NCBI GenBank assembly: GCA_950097015.1
Contig: CATNEN010000038.1
Coordinates: forward strand, 24,118,001-24,182,000
Direction: 5' to 3'
Length of the DNA: 64,000 nt
Source of the DNA: Macrostomum hystrix
Lineage: Eukaryota; Animalia; Platyhelminthes
Part shown: in pieces, positions 42,618 through 54,828 of the stretch
Position numbering within the stretch: the first letter of the stretch is position 1
Layout: the number at the start of each line of letters is the position of its first letter
Made by a program: the position numbers and the translations under genes
Notes under the pieces: generated by a model
Database searches by the model: none
Told to the model about the DNA's origin: nothing
What the model saw: only the letters and a program-made list of their open reading frames with translations

Positions 42618-43457
42618 ATGACCGATAACGCTGGCTGCTGTCGAAACAGCAGCGAAAGGCTTAGTTACAATGCGTTCCCGGCTGGCCATATATTCCGGCT
42701 CGGCATCTGCATACTCGTGCTCACCGGTAACTGCGTCGTCATGAGAGTAGCCGCCACGGTGGCCCTGCTGAGCATCAGCGAGTCGCAGGCTTTCTGTCGG
42801 CAGTACAGTACCGCGTGCGGCGTCACCGCCTTCAGTGTGCTGGGCTCCGTGCTGCCCATCTTGAGCGCCATCTTCACCGGCTCGTTTGCCATTGTGGCAG
42901 CGAAGCGGTATTTGAAATGGTCTTTCATCGCCACATTTGTCACGGGCTGTCTACTCATGACAATTAGCTTCCTGCTCAACCTGCTGTTCAATGGATTGCG
43001 CCACAGTTTCAACATTGCGCCCGTGCTGGTGCCAGACATCATCGAGATCATCCTATTCTGCGTCATCAGTGTGCTGTCCATGGTAGTCGGGATTCTGTGC
43101 GTCAAGTCCCTAGTGAAGGATCGCTCTCAGAGGTACGTCGCAAGAGCAGGAGCTGCAGCAGCGGCTGCGGGTGACACGGGGGCTGACCATCTGGACGATG
43201 GCTACGAATACGTCTACGACAACTCGGCGGCGGCGGTCGCTGAGACTCGATTTCCTGGCGACGATGATGACGACAGGCAGGTGGCGAACGGACGCCGTAG
43301 TCCGCAGCGTCTGCAACTTCAACGAAATGTTTCAGGCTTGTCCGGCCGAAGCGACAGTCGGGTTGAAGCCGAGCTCACCGTTGTTGTAGAGAACGAAGTT
43401 GGCAAGGTGACAAATTTCGACATTTTCACGATTGGATCAGCTAGGAAGCCGAGATGA
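42618..43457 (+). CDS. Intronless four-transmembrane protein (MS4A/CD20- or tetraspanin-like topology), 279 aa
   Basis: ATG-started non-repetitive ORF, GC-rich relative to flanks. Four hydrophobic segments (approx. aa 25-52, 69-95, 100-125, 134-162) and an acidic tail with a YEYVY motif. Family assignment is by topology only. Confidence 0.75.
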   Translation: MTDNAGCCRNSSERLSYNAFPAGHIFRLGICILVLTGNCVVMRVAATVALLSISESQAFCRQYSTACGVTAFSVLGSVLPILSAIFTGSFAIVAAKRYLKWSFIATFVTGCLLMTISFLLNLLFNGLRHSFNIAPVLVPDIIEIILFCVISVLSMVVGILCVKSLVKDRSQRYVARAGAAAAAAGDTGADHLDDGYEYVYDNSAAAVAETRFPGDDDDDRQVANGRRSPQRLQLQRNVSGLSGRSDSRVEAELTVVVENEVGKVTNFDIFTIGSARKPR

Positions 43458-43599
43458 GTATAAAACGCTTATCTATAGACAAAAGCCAGTTTCATTATCT
43501 AGGAGAAAAACTTTCATGCCTCTTAACTGACGCTTGTCTCTGCAATGTACTGTCTCCTATGCGTATAAGTCAGCCTCACAAAGTACAAGGACATACAGC

Positions 43600-44527
43600 A
43601 CAAAGAACCAGAGGTAGTGGATTTAGATCATGAAGAACCAGAGGTAGTGGATTTAGATCATGAAGAACCAGAGGTAGTGGATTTAGATCATGAAGAACCA
43701 GAGGTAGTAGATTTAGATCATGAAGAACCAGAGGTAGTGGATTTAGATCATGAAGAACCAGAGGTAGTGGATTTAGATCATGAAGAACCAGAGGTAGTGG
43801 ATTTAGATCATGAAGAACCAGAGGTAATGGATTTAGATCATAAAGAACCAGAGGTAATGGATTTAGATCATGAAGAACCAGAGGTAGTGGATTTAGATCA
43901 TAAAGAACCAGAGGTAGTGGATTTAGATCATGAAGAACCAGAGGTAGTGGATTTAGATCATGAAGAACCAGAGGTAGTGGATTTAGATCATGAAGAACCA
44001 GAGGTAGTGGATTTAGATCATGAAGAACCAGAGGTAGTGGATTTAGATCATGAAGAACCAGAGGTAGTAGATTTAGATCATAAAGAACCAGAGGTAGTGG
44101 ATTTAGATCATGAAGAACCAGAGGTAGTGGATTTAGATCATAAAGAACCAGAGGTAGTGGATTTAGATCATGAAGAACCAGAGGTAGTGGATTTAGATCA
44201 TGAAGAACCAGAGGTAGTGGATTTAGATCATGAAGAACCAGAGGTAGTAGATTTAGATCATAAAGAACCAGAGGTAGTGGATTTAGATCATGAAGAACCA
44301 GAGGTAGTGGATTTAGATCATAAAGAACCAGAGGTAATGGATTTAGATCATGAAGAACCAGAGGTAATGGATTTAGATCATAAAGAACCAGAGGTAATGG
44401 ATTTAGATCATAAAGAACCAGAGGTAATGGATTTAGATCATAAAGAACCAGAGGTAATGGATTTAGATCATAAAGAACCAGAGGTAGTGGATTTAGATCA
44501 TAAAGAACCAGAGGTAATGGATTTAGA
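43600..44527. repeat. 30-bp minisatellite GAAGAACCAGAGGTAGTGGATTTAGATCAT, ~31 units
   Basis: Seen directly; open frame ([10 protein letters not shown])n. Confidence 0.97.
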
Positions 44528-45158
44528 CCCTCGAATATAGGAGGCTAAGGATTAAGTCCTGAAAGATTTTGTGATAGCTGATTAATTCATTCAAATGTTT
44601 TTTACTTTCACTCTATCGAATGCCTGTTCCTGTTCGCATTCACCTGCTCAAACATCATTGTAAGTAATTTTGTGTCTTTGCGTCAGGTTTGTTCATTTAG
44701 AGGAGTTTAAAAGCCTTCATATGTTCAATAGCTTGGCTATTAGTAAATTGAAATTTTCGCCAACCTAACTCAATACAGGGACCTAACAATGCCTCATTTC
44801 AGATTATTGCATTTTATAACTCGAACAAGCGAACTTAAACTGATTTTGTATTTTGCAGATATTTTTCAGCAAATGCTCAGTTCAATTTTTGTGAATAAAC
44901 TTAACAACTATTTATCAAGACATCAATTTGGTATTAGAAAATGAAAGATGTTTGTAGATCTCTTTATTATTAGAGTTTGTGACAGGCTTGAAGTACAGTA
45001 GTACGTTCTCTAACTCTCTTTACTATAATAAACGTCTTTTAATCTCAAATTGGTGGCGCCAAAAACGTAAGGCTCGTTTAGTTATCAAGACAAACATATT
45101 GTTACTGCTGTTGAACTCAAACCAGAGCAAAAATAAGGAAACATCAGTTTCTAGGTTA

Positions 45159-48100
45159 TCAGCCAGTTCTCTTTCTGGTAAGCTTCAGCTGCTGCTGCTT
45201 TTGTTTAAGACTCTCTTTTCGTGCGGCAATCGGTGGAAAAGAGAAGAGCAGTTGTAGCTTGTTTGGGCCTGTCCACACCTCAGACCTATGATCGGCAGTT
45301 ATCAGGCCTTCAGCCATGAAGTCGCTGACGTTCGCATTGTTGCTAATCGATTGTACACGTTGTGAGACTAGGCGGAAGTTTCCGCTGGCCTGCACACTGT
45401 ACACACCGAAATAGATGGTGTGGAATCCCGGGATCTGTTTGCGGTTAGTAGAGGAGATTTGTCGTCAACACGTGAATTGGGCAATATGCTACACTAATCG
45501 TTAGTCAGTTAGCCTCTCGCGCCAAGGTCCATGAATTCGATTCCGCGGCGAGGCCACATTCCTTTGGGGCGCAGCCGCGACTTGGAGGCAACCTCCAAGG
45601 CACAATGAGAGTGTACACTGACTGACGATGAGAAAGTCAGGGTAAAATGTACACACCCTGTGCGTGCGTGCTCAGGATCAGTCAGCAAAATGGGCAGAAT
45701 TGCCTCCTCGCTGACTGCGGGTCTAGTGTCACCAAAGGAAGTTCCAGGGCCGACAGCCCTCCTGCAATTCTTCTCTGATGCACCTAATGTAAATGCCTAT
45801 AATGCCTGAAACTAGGATCAAAGCCGACATCTCGTAAAGCGTCTTCAGAAAGTCGAAATATTCAATGATTATGGCAGAAGGTCCTCGTTTTTGCCCAAAT
45901 GCTCAAAGTGGCTGTATTTCCCTTTCGGTACTGAATAGATGGTACATGCTATGGTCATCAAGGATCGAAGCACTCACTCCAGCAGCTAAACTGTTAGCCT
46001 CCTGAGCCATCCGCTCCGTCTCTATGTTGGAAAGTGAAAGCGCACTAGATTCTTCAGAGGCAGTCTCCACGCTTCGCTTTAGACCGGGAACTCGCAAATT
46101 CGGTAGAGTATTGGGCAGCTCGATACATCTAGATAGACTGCCGATGAGTTCATGATTACTGCTTCTATAGATTTTCATGTCAATAACGGTTATCAGCTTT
46201 TCTGCTGGCAGCAGAGCATAGCCTGATTGTCCCTGATTCTGTGGCTGCTGCTGTCGCTGTGTAATCTCGTCAGGCTTCTTAACCATTAAGTACTTATGAA
46301 ATAGTCTGGAAGGTTAGTGACAGAATCGAGCCTTAATGAACTTATTCATCTTTAACACCACGTGACATTCGAAGTAAATTCTACTTTTCGGAAAACAACA
46401 TTAAGTTTTATTATGCAGTATTGAGGCTAAAATAGGCGATGAATAAACTAAACATATAATCTAAAGCTATTATGTGATACTCAATGCCAAAATATAAAAA
46501 ATGAGTAAGCGAAACTGTTGTTCTCCTAAAGCATCGTGTGGTACGCTGACTTGATGCTAAAAATAGGAGCTGAGTAAGCGAGCCTGTTTTTCTCTTAGAG
46601 AACCACGTGATACTCGGCCTTGATGCTAAAAATAGAAGCTGAGTAAGACAATCTTTTCTTCTCTTAGAGAATCACGTGATACTCGGCCTTGATGCTAAAA
46701 ATAGTAAACTGAGTAAGCGAGCCTGTTTTTCTCTTAGAGAATCACGTGATACTCGGCCTTGATGCTAAAAATAGAAGCTGAGTAAGACCATCTTTTCTTC
46801 TCTTAGAGAATCACGTGATACTCGGCCTTGATGCTAAAAATAGAAGCTGAGTAAGACCATCTTTTATTCTCTTAGAGAATCACGTGATACTCGGCCTTGA
46901 TGCTAAAAATAGTAAACTGAGTAAGCGAGCCTGTTTTTCTCTTAGAGAATCACGTGATACTCGGCCTTGATGCTAAAAATAGTAAACTGAGTAAGCGAGC
47001 CTGTTTTTCTCTTAGAGAATCACGTGATACTCGGCCTTGATGCTATAAATAGTAAACTGAGTAAGCGAGCCTGTTTTTCTCTTAGAGAATCACTTGATAC
47101 TCGGCCTTTTTTGTTTCTAAAAATAGAAACTAAAAAACGATGCACCAGCATTTGTGTTTTCCACGCGGTGTTTTTCGGAGTAGTCAAAATAGGAGGAACT
47201 AAAAACTCACAGGTGTGGCTGACCCGTAATTGACACGTACTGCACTGTGAGATAAAACAAATCGTGCACTTTGAAGTCGATGTGCGGTTCAGCCAACGTA
47301 TCGCCACTGTCAAAGGCTTCGATGCTATCGTTCGCGGCAGAGACCGTCACAGCGTCCACCGAAGAGTCAAGTGCTCGCTGTTCGACCGAAGGATTTTTGA
47401 CCAGCATTTCAATTGACTTTGTATTGCCACCGACTAGTCGAGAATTAGTTGGCATTGGCATGACCTTGAAAAATTATGTCGAGATAGAAATTATCGATGT
47501 AGAAATGCTAAAAATGCATTTACTGATCCTCATGTAAGGCAGGGATGGCTTAATCTCTGCGATTTATATCTATTTAAGTAAAAGACAACCAATCAATATG
47601 TGCTATAGTCTTTTGAAGAAAAAATACACTTCTATTTTGGCCATAGATGTTAGATTTTGTTTTATTTTGTTATTTGAATGAACTTTTAACAAACGGTATT
47701 AAGAAAGAAAGGGAGAGAAAGAAGAAGAGAGAAGGTAGGAAAGAGAAGGAAGGGGGGAGAAGGAAGGGGAGAGAAGGAAGGGGAGAGAAGGAAGGGGAGA
47801 GAAGGAAAGGGAGAGAAGGAAGGGGAGAGAAGGAAGGGGGGACAAGGAAGGGGAGAGAAGGAAGGGGAGAGAAGGAAGGGGAGAGAAGGAAGGGGAGAGA
47901 GGGATGCAAAGAAATTTAGAGAAAGACATTGTGTACCAGTTCTGAGTATAAGAACACAAAGCAGAATGTGCAAAAATTTTAGTGAAATTCTAGATGGCTA
48001 ATTTAGTCTATGTTCCGTCAAGAAAATTGATTTAATTAGCTCGTATATTAGAAAATTTTGCAAAGGTTTTGGATAAAAAAACATTAGATTTTGAGTAGAC

Positions 48101-48764
48101 ACTCCGGTTAGTATTATTACCCATAACTAAATGTCCAATAAACGGATGAGATCAATGAGTAAAATATGCTGCGGCTGCAGGGACTCTCTATGCATTTTCT
48201 GCATGTCTCAAATAAAAACGCAGGTCACTGATCGCAATTGGAGCCAAGACAATAAAGGGTAAGAATATGGCCTTTTGGGTATCCGAAACATTAGACATCG
48301 TATCTCACCTGTTAGATTCGGTATCTCACCTGTTAGATTCGGTATCTCACCTGTTAGATTCGGTATCTCACCTGTTAGATTCGGTATCTCACCTGTTAGA
48401 TTCGGCACCTGTTAGATTCGGCACCTGTTAGATTCGGCACCTGTTAGATTCGGCACCTGTTAGATTCGGCACCTGTTAGATTCGGCACCTGTTAGATTCG
48501 GCACCTGTTAGATTCGGCACCTGTTAGATTCGGCACCTGTTAGATTCGGCACCTGTTAGATTCGGCACCTGTTAGATTCGGCACCTGTTAGATTCGGCAC
48601 CTGTTAGATTCGGCACCTGTTAGATTCGGCACCTGTTAGATTCGGCACCTGTTAGATTCGGCACCTGTTAGATTCGGCACCTGTTAGCTTTGGCACCTGT
48701 TAGATTCGGCACCTCACTTATTTTCTATCACCTGAATTGCAGCTTCAGCGATACAAAACGCCAT
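45159..48764 (-). CDS. Uncharacterised multi-exon gene ('gene C'), partly resolved
   Basis: Well-supported exons: 47464-47211 (ttttcaag|...|GTGAGT, phase 2) splicing in frame to 46305-~45978 (ctaaccttccag|, giving ...GQPHL|LFHKYLMVKKP...), and terminal exon 45434-45159 (TACTAAC branch point, cag|IPGFHTIYFGVY...RTG*). Possible first exon 48764-48732 (MAFCIAEAAIQ|GTGATA) and an internal exon at ~45782-45515; those junctions are not resolved. No family recognised. Confidence 0.55.
46550..47107. repeat. 70-bp minisatellite x~8, gene C intron
   Basis: Unit CTGAGTAAGCGAGCCTGTTTTTCTCTTAGAGAATCACGTGATACTCGGCCTTGATGCTAAAAATAGTAAA. Confidence 0.96.
47700..47902. repeat. Polypurine GAAGGAAGGGGAGA repeat
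   Basis: Seen directly. Confidence 0.9.
48300..48713. repeat. Minisatellite switching from 21-bp (CACCTGTTAGATTCGGTATCT) to 16-bp (CACCTGTTAGATTCGG) units
   Basis: Seen directly. Confidence 0.97.
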
Positions 48765-48769
48765 TCAGA

Positions 48770-49190
48770 GTGCAGCGATGAGTCAGCCTACTTATTGCTC
48801 GATAGAAATGTGCTTCAGCGAGGTGGTTCTAGGCTTTGCGAATTGTGCACCCCAAACTCGGGTATGCAGCATTTTAACTTTTAATTGTAAAATTGTAAAT
48901 TGTAAATTGTTATTGTAAATGTTTGTTGTCCTTGTCACCAGGGTCTTTGACAAAAGTCGCTGAATATCTTGACGATGCTGATATAGAGTAGATTGTATGA
49001 GAATAGACATTACAAGGGACCAGCGTTTTAAAAAAAAGATAATTTTATTGCCGGCGTTTTTTCTCTATCGTTATAGTTGGTGCGTTCTCATTGGCTGTTT
49101 GCGATTGCACAATTATCGATCGATGGGTTATTTCACTTTACTGAAACATCAATCGCTTGTCTAGGTCTACTCATAGTAGCCCATACGAAA
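48770..49190. promoter_or_regulatory. Putative bidirectional promoter between gene C (-) and gene A (+)
   Basis: About 430 bp of repeat-free spacer between head-to-head candidate start codons; inverted CCAAT box (ATTGG 49090-49094) and DRE-like palindrome ATCGATCGAT at 49115-49124. Confidence 0.35.
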
Positions 49191-49251
49191 TATGCCACGC
49201 GAACAATTTAAAGTTAAGTTAAGTTGTACAGTTTAACGGCCATAGAAAACA

Positions 49252-49365
49252 CTCATTCATCAGAGCTCAACAAACTCTCATTGATCAGAGCTCAACAAAC
49301 TCTCATTGATCAGAGCTCAACAAACTCTCATTGATCAGAGCTCAACAAACTCTCATTGATCAGAG
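49252..49365. repeat. 25-bp repeat CTCATTGATCAGAGCTCAACAAACT x~4.5, overlapping the gene A acceptor
   Basis: Seen directly. Confidence 0.92.
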
Positions 49366-52300
49366 AAGTGCTCAATTGAAAAGCACCTCGAGCCAACGGT
49401 GCCGCCACAAGAAATAATTGCTTGTCAAAAAAGCAAGCAGCTAGATATGCAGATGGTGAGAGAAAATCTCAAGCTAGTCAAATCCAGACAGCATCCGATG
49501 CAGCTGGCAACTGACAGTCAACGATTCACTGATTCTGGAGTGCCAAGAATAGAACAGGTAGGGCAACTACGTCTTCAGTTCTAGTCAAACAGCAGAAACT
49601 ACTGTCTAACAGACACCCTACTGTCTAACAGACACCCTACTGTCTAACAGGACGCCCTACTGTCTAACAGGACGCCCTACTGTCTAACAGGACACCCTAC
49701 TGTCTAACAGGATACCATACTGTCTAACAGGACACCCTACTGTCTAACAGGACACCCTACTGTCTAACAGGACGCCCTACTGTCTAACAGGACGCTCTAC
49801 TGTCTAACAGGATACCTTACTGTCTAACAGGACACCCTACTGTCTAACAGGACGCCCTACTGTCTAACAGGACGCCCTACTGTCTAACAGAACACCCTAC
49901 TGTCTAACAGGACACCCTACTGTCTAACAGGATACCATACTGTCTAACAGGACGCCCTACTGTCTAACAGGACACTCTACTGTCTAACAGGACGCCCTAC
50001 TGTCTAACAGGACGCTCTACTGTCTAACAGGATACCTTACTGTCTAACAGGACACCCTACTGTCTAACAGGACACCCTACTGTCTAACAGGACACCCTAC
50101 TGTCTAACAGACACCCTACTGTCTAACAGGACACCCTACTGTCTAACAGGACACCCTACTGTCTAACAGGACGCCCTACTGTCTAACAGGACGCTCTACT
50201 GTCTAACAGGATACCTTACTGTCTAACAGGACACCCTACTGTCTAACAGGACGCCCTACTGTCTAACAGGACGCTCTACTGTCTAACAGGATACCTTACT
50301 GTCTAACAGGACACCCTACTGTCTAACAGGACGCCCTACTGTCTAACAGGACGCCCTACTGTCTAACAGGACACCCTACTGTCTAACAGGACACCCTACT
50401 GTCTAACAGGATACCATACTGTCTAACAGGACGCCCTACTGTCTAACAGGACACTCTACTGTCTAACAGGACGCCCTACTGTCTAACAGGACGCTCTACT
50501 GTCTAACAGGATACCTTACTGTCTAACAGGACACCCTACTGTCTAACAGGACACCCTACTGTCTAACAGGACACCCTACTGTCTAACAGGATACCATACT
50601 GTCTAACAGGACACCCTACTGTCTAACAGGACACCCTACTGTCTAACAGGACGCCCTACTGTCTAACAGGACGCTCTACTGTCTAACAGGATACCTTACT
50701 GTCTAACAGGACACCCTACTGTCTAACAGGACACCCTACTGTCTAACAGGACACCCTACTGTCTAACAGACACCCTACTGTCTAACAGGACACCCTACTG
50801 TCTAACAGGACACCCTACTGTCTAACAGGACGCCCTACTGTCTAACAGGACGCTCTACTGTCTAACAGGATACCTTACTGTCTAACAGGACACCCTACTG
50901 TCTAACAGGACACCCTACTGTCTAACAGGACGCCCGACTGTCTAACAGGACGCTCTACTGTCTAATAGGATACCTTACTGTCTAACAGGACACCCTACTG
51001 TCTAACAGGACACCCTACTGTCTAACAGGACACCCTACTGTCTAACAGGACGCCCTACTGTCTAACAGGACGCTCTACTGTCTAACAGGATACCTTACTG
51101 TCTAACAGGACACCCTACTGTCTAACAGGACGCCCTACTGTCTAACAGGACGCTCTACTGTCTAACAGGATACCTTACTGTCTAACAGGACGCCCTACTG
51201 TCTAACAGGACGCTCTACTGTCTAACAGGATACCTTACTGTCTAACAGGACACCCTACTGTCTAACAGGACGCCCTACTGTCTAACAGGACGCTCTACTG
51301 TCTAACAGGATACCTTACTGTCTAACAGGACACCCTACTGTCTAACAGGACACCCTACTGTCTAACAGGACGCCCGACTGTCTAACAGGACGCTCTACTG
51401 TCTAATAGGATACCTTACTGTCTAACAGGACACCCTACTGTCTAACAGGACACCCTACTGTCTAACAGGACACCCTACTGTCTAACAGGACGCCCTACTG
51501 TCTAACAGGACGCTCTACTGTCTAACAGGATACCTTACTGTCTAACAGGACACCCTACTGTCTAACAGGACGCCCTACTGTCTAACAGGACGCTCTACTG
51601 TCTAACAGGATACCTTACTGTCTAACAGGACACCCTACTGTCTAACAGGACACCCTACTGTCTAACAGGACACCCTACTGTATAACATGACTATACACAA
51701 GTAATTTTTCCCCAAAGCTACTCAGGAAGCGAGCGGAACTGGCGCACATGAAGTTGCTAATGGAAAACAATGGCCAGCCAATAGGATTAGACTTGGTCTA
51801 TCCTGATTGGCTGACGTTTCGGCTTCGAATTAAAAAACTCTTTGCCGACTTGCGCTGGAGATTATTCGTGTCGCATCGGCAACGTTTAAGACAGATGCAG
51901 CCAGACAATATCCAACTAGTAGCGGATATTAAAGTGAGCTGAAACCCATCTGCCTATGTGCTTGAAATTTAATTATTTCTTTACATATCGCTGCCATTAG
52001 GATCAGTAAAAGGAAAATTTAAGTATGGCGAAAAATATACTCTTTTTTTGAGTTACTTAACTCAAGCATGCTCCACTATGATGAACTCCAATACACTCTA
52101 CCCCACTCCAATACACTCTACCCCACTCCAATACACTCTACCCCACTCCAATACACTCTACCCCACTCCAATACACTCTACCCCACTCCAATACACTCTA
52201 CCCCACTCCAATACACTCTACCCCACTCCAATACACTCTACCCCAATCCAATACACTCTACCCCACTCCAATACACTCTACCCCAATCCAATACACTCTA

Positions 52301-54401
52301 CCCCACTCGAACACACTCTACCCCACTCCAATACACTCTAACCCACTCCAATACACTCTACCCCACTCCAACACACTCTACCCCACTCCAATACACTCTA
52401 CCCCACTCCAATACACTCTACCCCACTCCAATACACTCTACCCCAATCCAATACACTCTACCCTACTCCAACACACTCTACCCCACTCCAATACACTCTA
52501 CCCCACTCCAATACACTCTACCCCACTCCAACACACTCTACCCCACTCCAATCCACTCTACCCCACTCCAATACACTCTACCCCACTCCAATACACTCTA
52601 CCCCACTCCAATACACTCTACCCCAATCCAATACACTCTACCCCAATCCAATACACTCTACCCCACTCCAATACACTCTACCCCAATCCAACAAACTCTA
52701 CCCCACTCAAATACACTCTACCCCACTCCAACACACTCTACCCTACTCCAATACACTCTACCCCACTCCAATACACTCTACACCACTCCAATACACTCTA
52801 CCCCACTCCAATACACTATACCCCAATCCAATACACTCTACCCCACTCCAATACACTCTACCCCACTCCAATACACTATACCCCAATCCAATACACTCTA
52901 CCCCACTCAAATACACTCTACCCCACTCCAATACACTCTACCCCACTCCAATACACTCTACCCCACTCCAACACACTCTACCCCACTCCAATCCACTCTA
53001 CCCCACTCCAATACACTCTACCCCACTCCAATACACTCTACCCCACTCCAATACACTCTACCCCAATCCAATACACTCTACCCCAATCCAATACACTCTA
53101 CCCCACTCCAATACACTCTACCCCAATCCAACAAACTCTACCCCACTCAAATACACTCTACCCCACTCCAACACACTCTACCCTACTCCAATACACTCTA
53201 CCCCACTCCAATACACTCTACACCACTCCAATACACTCTACCCCACTCCAATACACTATACCCCAATCCAATACACTCTACCCCACTCCAATACACTCTA
53301 CCCCACTCCAATACACTATACCCCAATCCAATACACTCTACCCCACTCAAATACACTCTACCCTACTCCAATACACTCTACACCACTCAAATACACTCTA
53401 CCCCACTCCAATCCACTGAACTTTTACAGGACAGTGACAAGTACAGTCTAAAGTACATTGACACCTGGAGTGTTGGCGTGTCTGTGTCTGTAAAAAATCA
53501 CGCCTCGATTAAACACGCCATTCTAGCCGCCTTTCATCGCCTCGCTCTGGACAAGAGTTCAGATTTTCGCTACTCTCTGTTCTGCTTCTTTGGCGACACA
53601 CTCAAAGGCGGAGATCAGGCAATAGGTAAACTCATCATGAGCTACAGCTGACCCAATGACCAAACTCATCATGAGCTACAGCTGACCCAATAACCAAACT
53701 CATCATAAGCTACAGTAAATCTCATGACCAAATTTCATCATGAGCTACAGCTGACCCAATGACCAAATTTCATCATGAGCTACAGCTGACCCAATTACCA
53801 AACTCATGATGAGCTACAGCTGACCCAATGACCAAACTCATCATGAGCTACAGCTGACCCAATAACCAAACTCATCATAAGCTACAGTAAATCTCATGAC
53901 CAAATTTCATCATGAGCTACAGCTGACCCAATGACCAAATTTCATCATGAGCTACAGCTGACCCAATTACCAAACTCATGATGAGCTACAGCTGACCCAA
54001 TAACCAAAGTCATCATAAGCTACCGTAAACCTCATGACCAAATTTCATCATGAGCTACAGCTGACCCAATGACCAAATTTCATCATGAGCTACAGCTGAC
54101 CCAATAACCAAAATCCTGATGAGCTACAACTGACCCAATGACCAGACTTATCATGAGCTACAGCAAACCTCATGACCAAATGTCATCATGAGCTGCAGCT
54201 GACCAAATGACCAAACTCATCATGAGCTACAGCTGACCTCATTATATAGGCACAGTGATAGTAAATTACCAAGCAATTTTTCAACCTACCATTTTCTCTC
54301 CAGAACCAATCGAAGTATTCAATGGTACACCGGTGCAGGAATTGTATCGCCAGAATATTTCCGAGATATTTATTAACGACAATAAAGTTGCAATGCTCTA
54401 G
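49364..54401 (+). CDS. Uncharacterised protein, paralogue A (domain shared with the downstream gene); start exon uncertain (candidate ATG 49192)
   Basis: Exons 49364-49557, 51718-51933, 53430-53625, 54304-54401; GT-AG, phases 0, 0, 1. Translation ...LDMQMVRENLKLVKSRQHPMQ...VYPDWLTFRLRIKK...KYSLKYIDTW...FHRLALDKSSDFRYSLFCFFGD...TPVQELYRQNISEIFINDNKVAML* aligns with gene B at the same intron positions. AATAAA at ~54514 and ~54598. Confidence 0.75.
49598..51682. repeat. 20-bp minisatellite CTACTGTCTAACAGGACACC, ~104 units, with a higher-order cycle
   Basis: Seen directly. Confidence 0.98.
52086..53417. repeat. 20-bp essentially G-free minisatellite CCCCACTCCAATACACTCTA, ~66 units
   Basis: Seen directly; ends ~12 bp before the acceptor. 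Confidence 0.98.
53628..54238. repeat. 34-35-bp minisatellite AAACTCATCATGAGCTACAGCTGACCCAATGACC
   Basis: Seen directly; starts 2 bp after the GT donor. Confidence 0.95.
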
Positions 54402-54828
54402 CATCTGCCAACTTCTGGTCACGGTTATCCGGGTATCGGGCGTCAACAAAACTAGAGTATTCTGACGGTTCTGATGTAGGTTCTGATTTGTTTTGTTTTT
54501 GTTTTGTTTTAGAAAATAAACATTTATTTTTAGTGCCCTACCTAGCTGTAACCTAGCTGTAACACAAACCAAACTTTTTATTGTCTAAATGTGCGTCAAT
54601 AAATATTAGTCATCTGAACTAACTGCGAAAACATTACCTACTACACATTAAGTATACAGTAAAAACCAGTTCAATAGTCATAAAGAATAAAGTTTAAATT
54701 TTTGAGTCTGTTTAGTATTAAAGTTACTTTGTGATCTGTTGTTTATTTTACATCGGCACTGTACGTGTAACTCATTTAAACATTGAAACAACAATAAAAT
54801 GTTTTCTATCGGGAAAACGCATGCTCAT

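Noticed and set aside
45730-45905. Possible TGA readthrough or selenocysteine after ...EREIQPL* in gene C (frame stays open ~56 codons)
   Set aside because: A consensus donor (GGA|GTGAGT at 45977) lies upstream, so the TGA is probably intronic; no SECIS or homology evidence.
46570-47100. GTAAGC...TTTTTCTCTTAG mini-intron in the 70-bp unit
   Set aside because: It is antisense to host gene C. This shows such motifs can arise by chance and tempers the splice-cassette findings.
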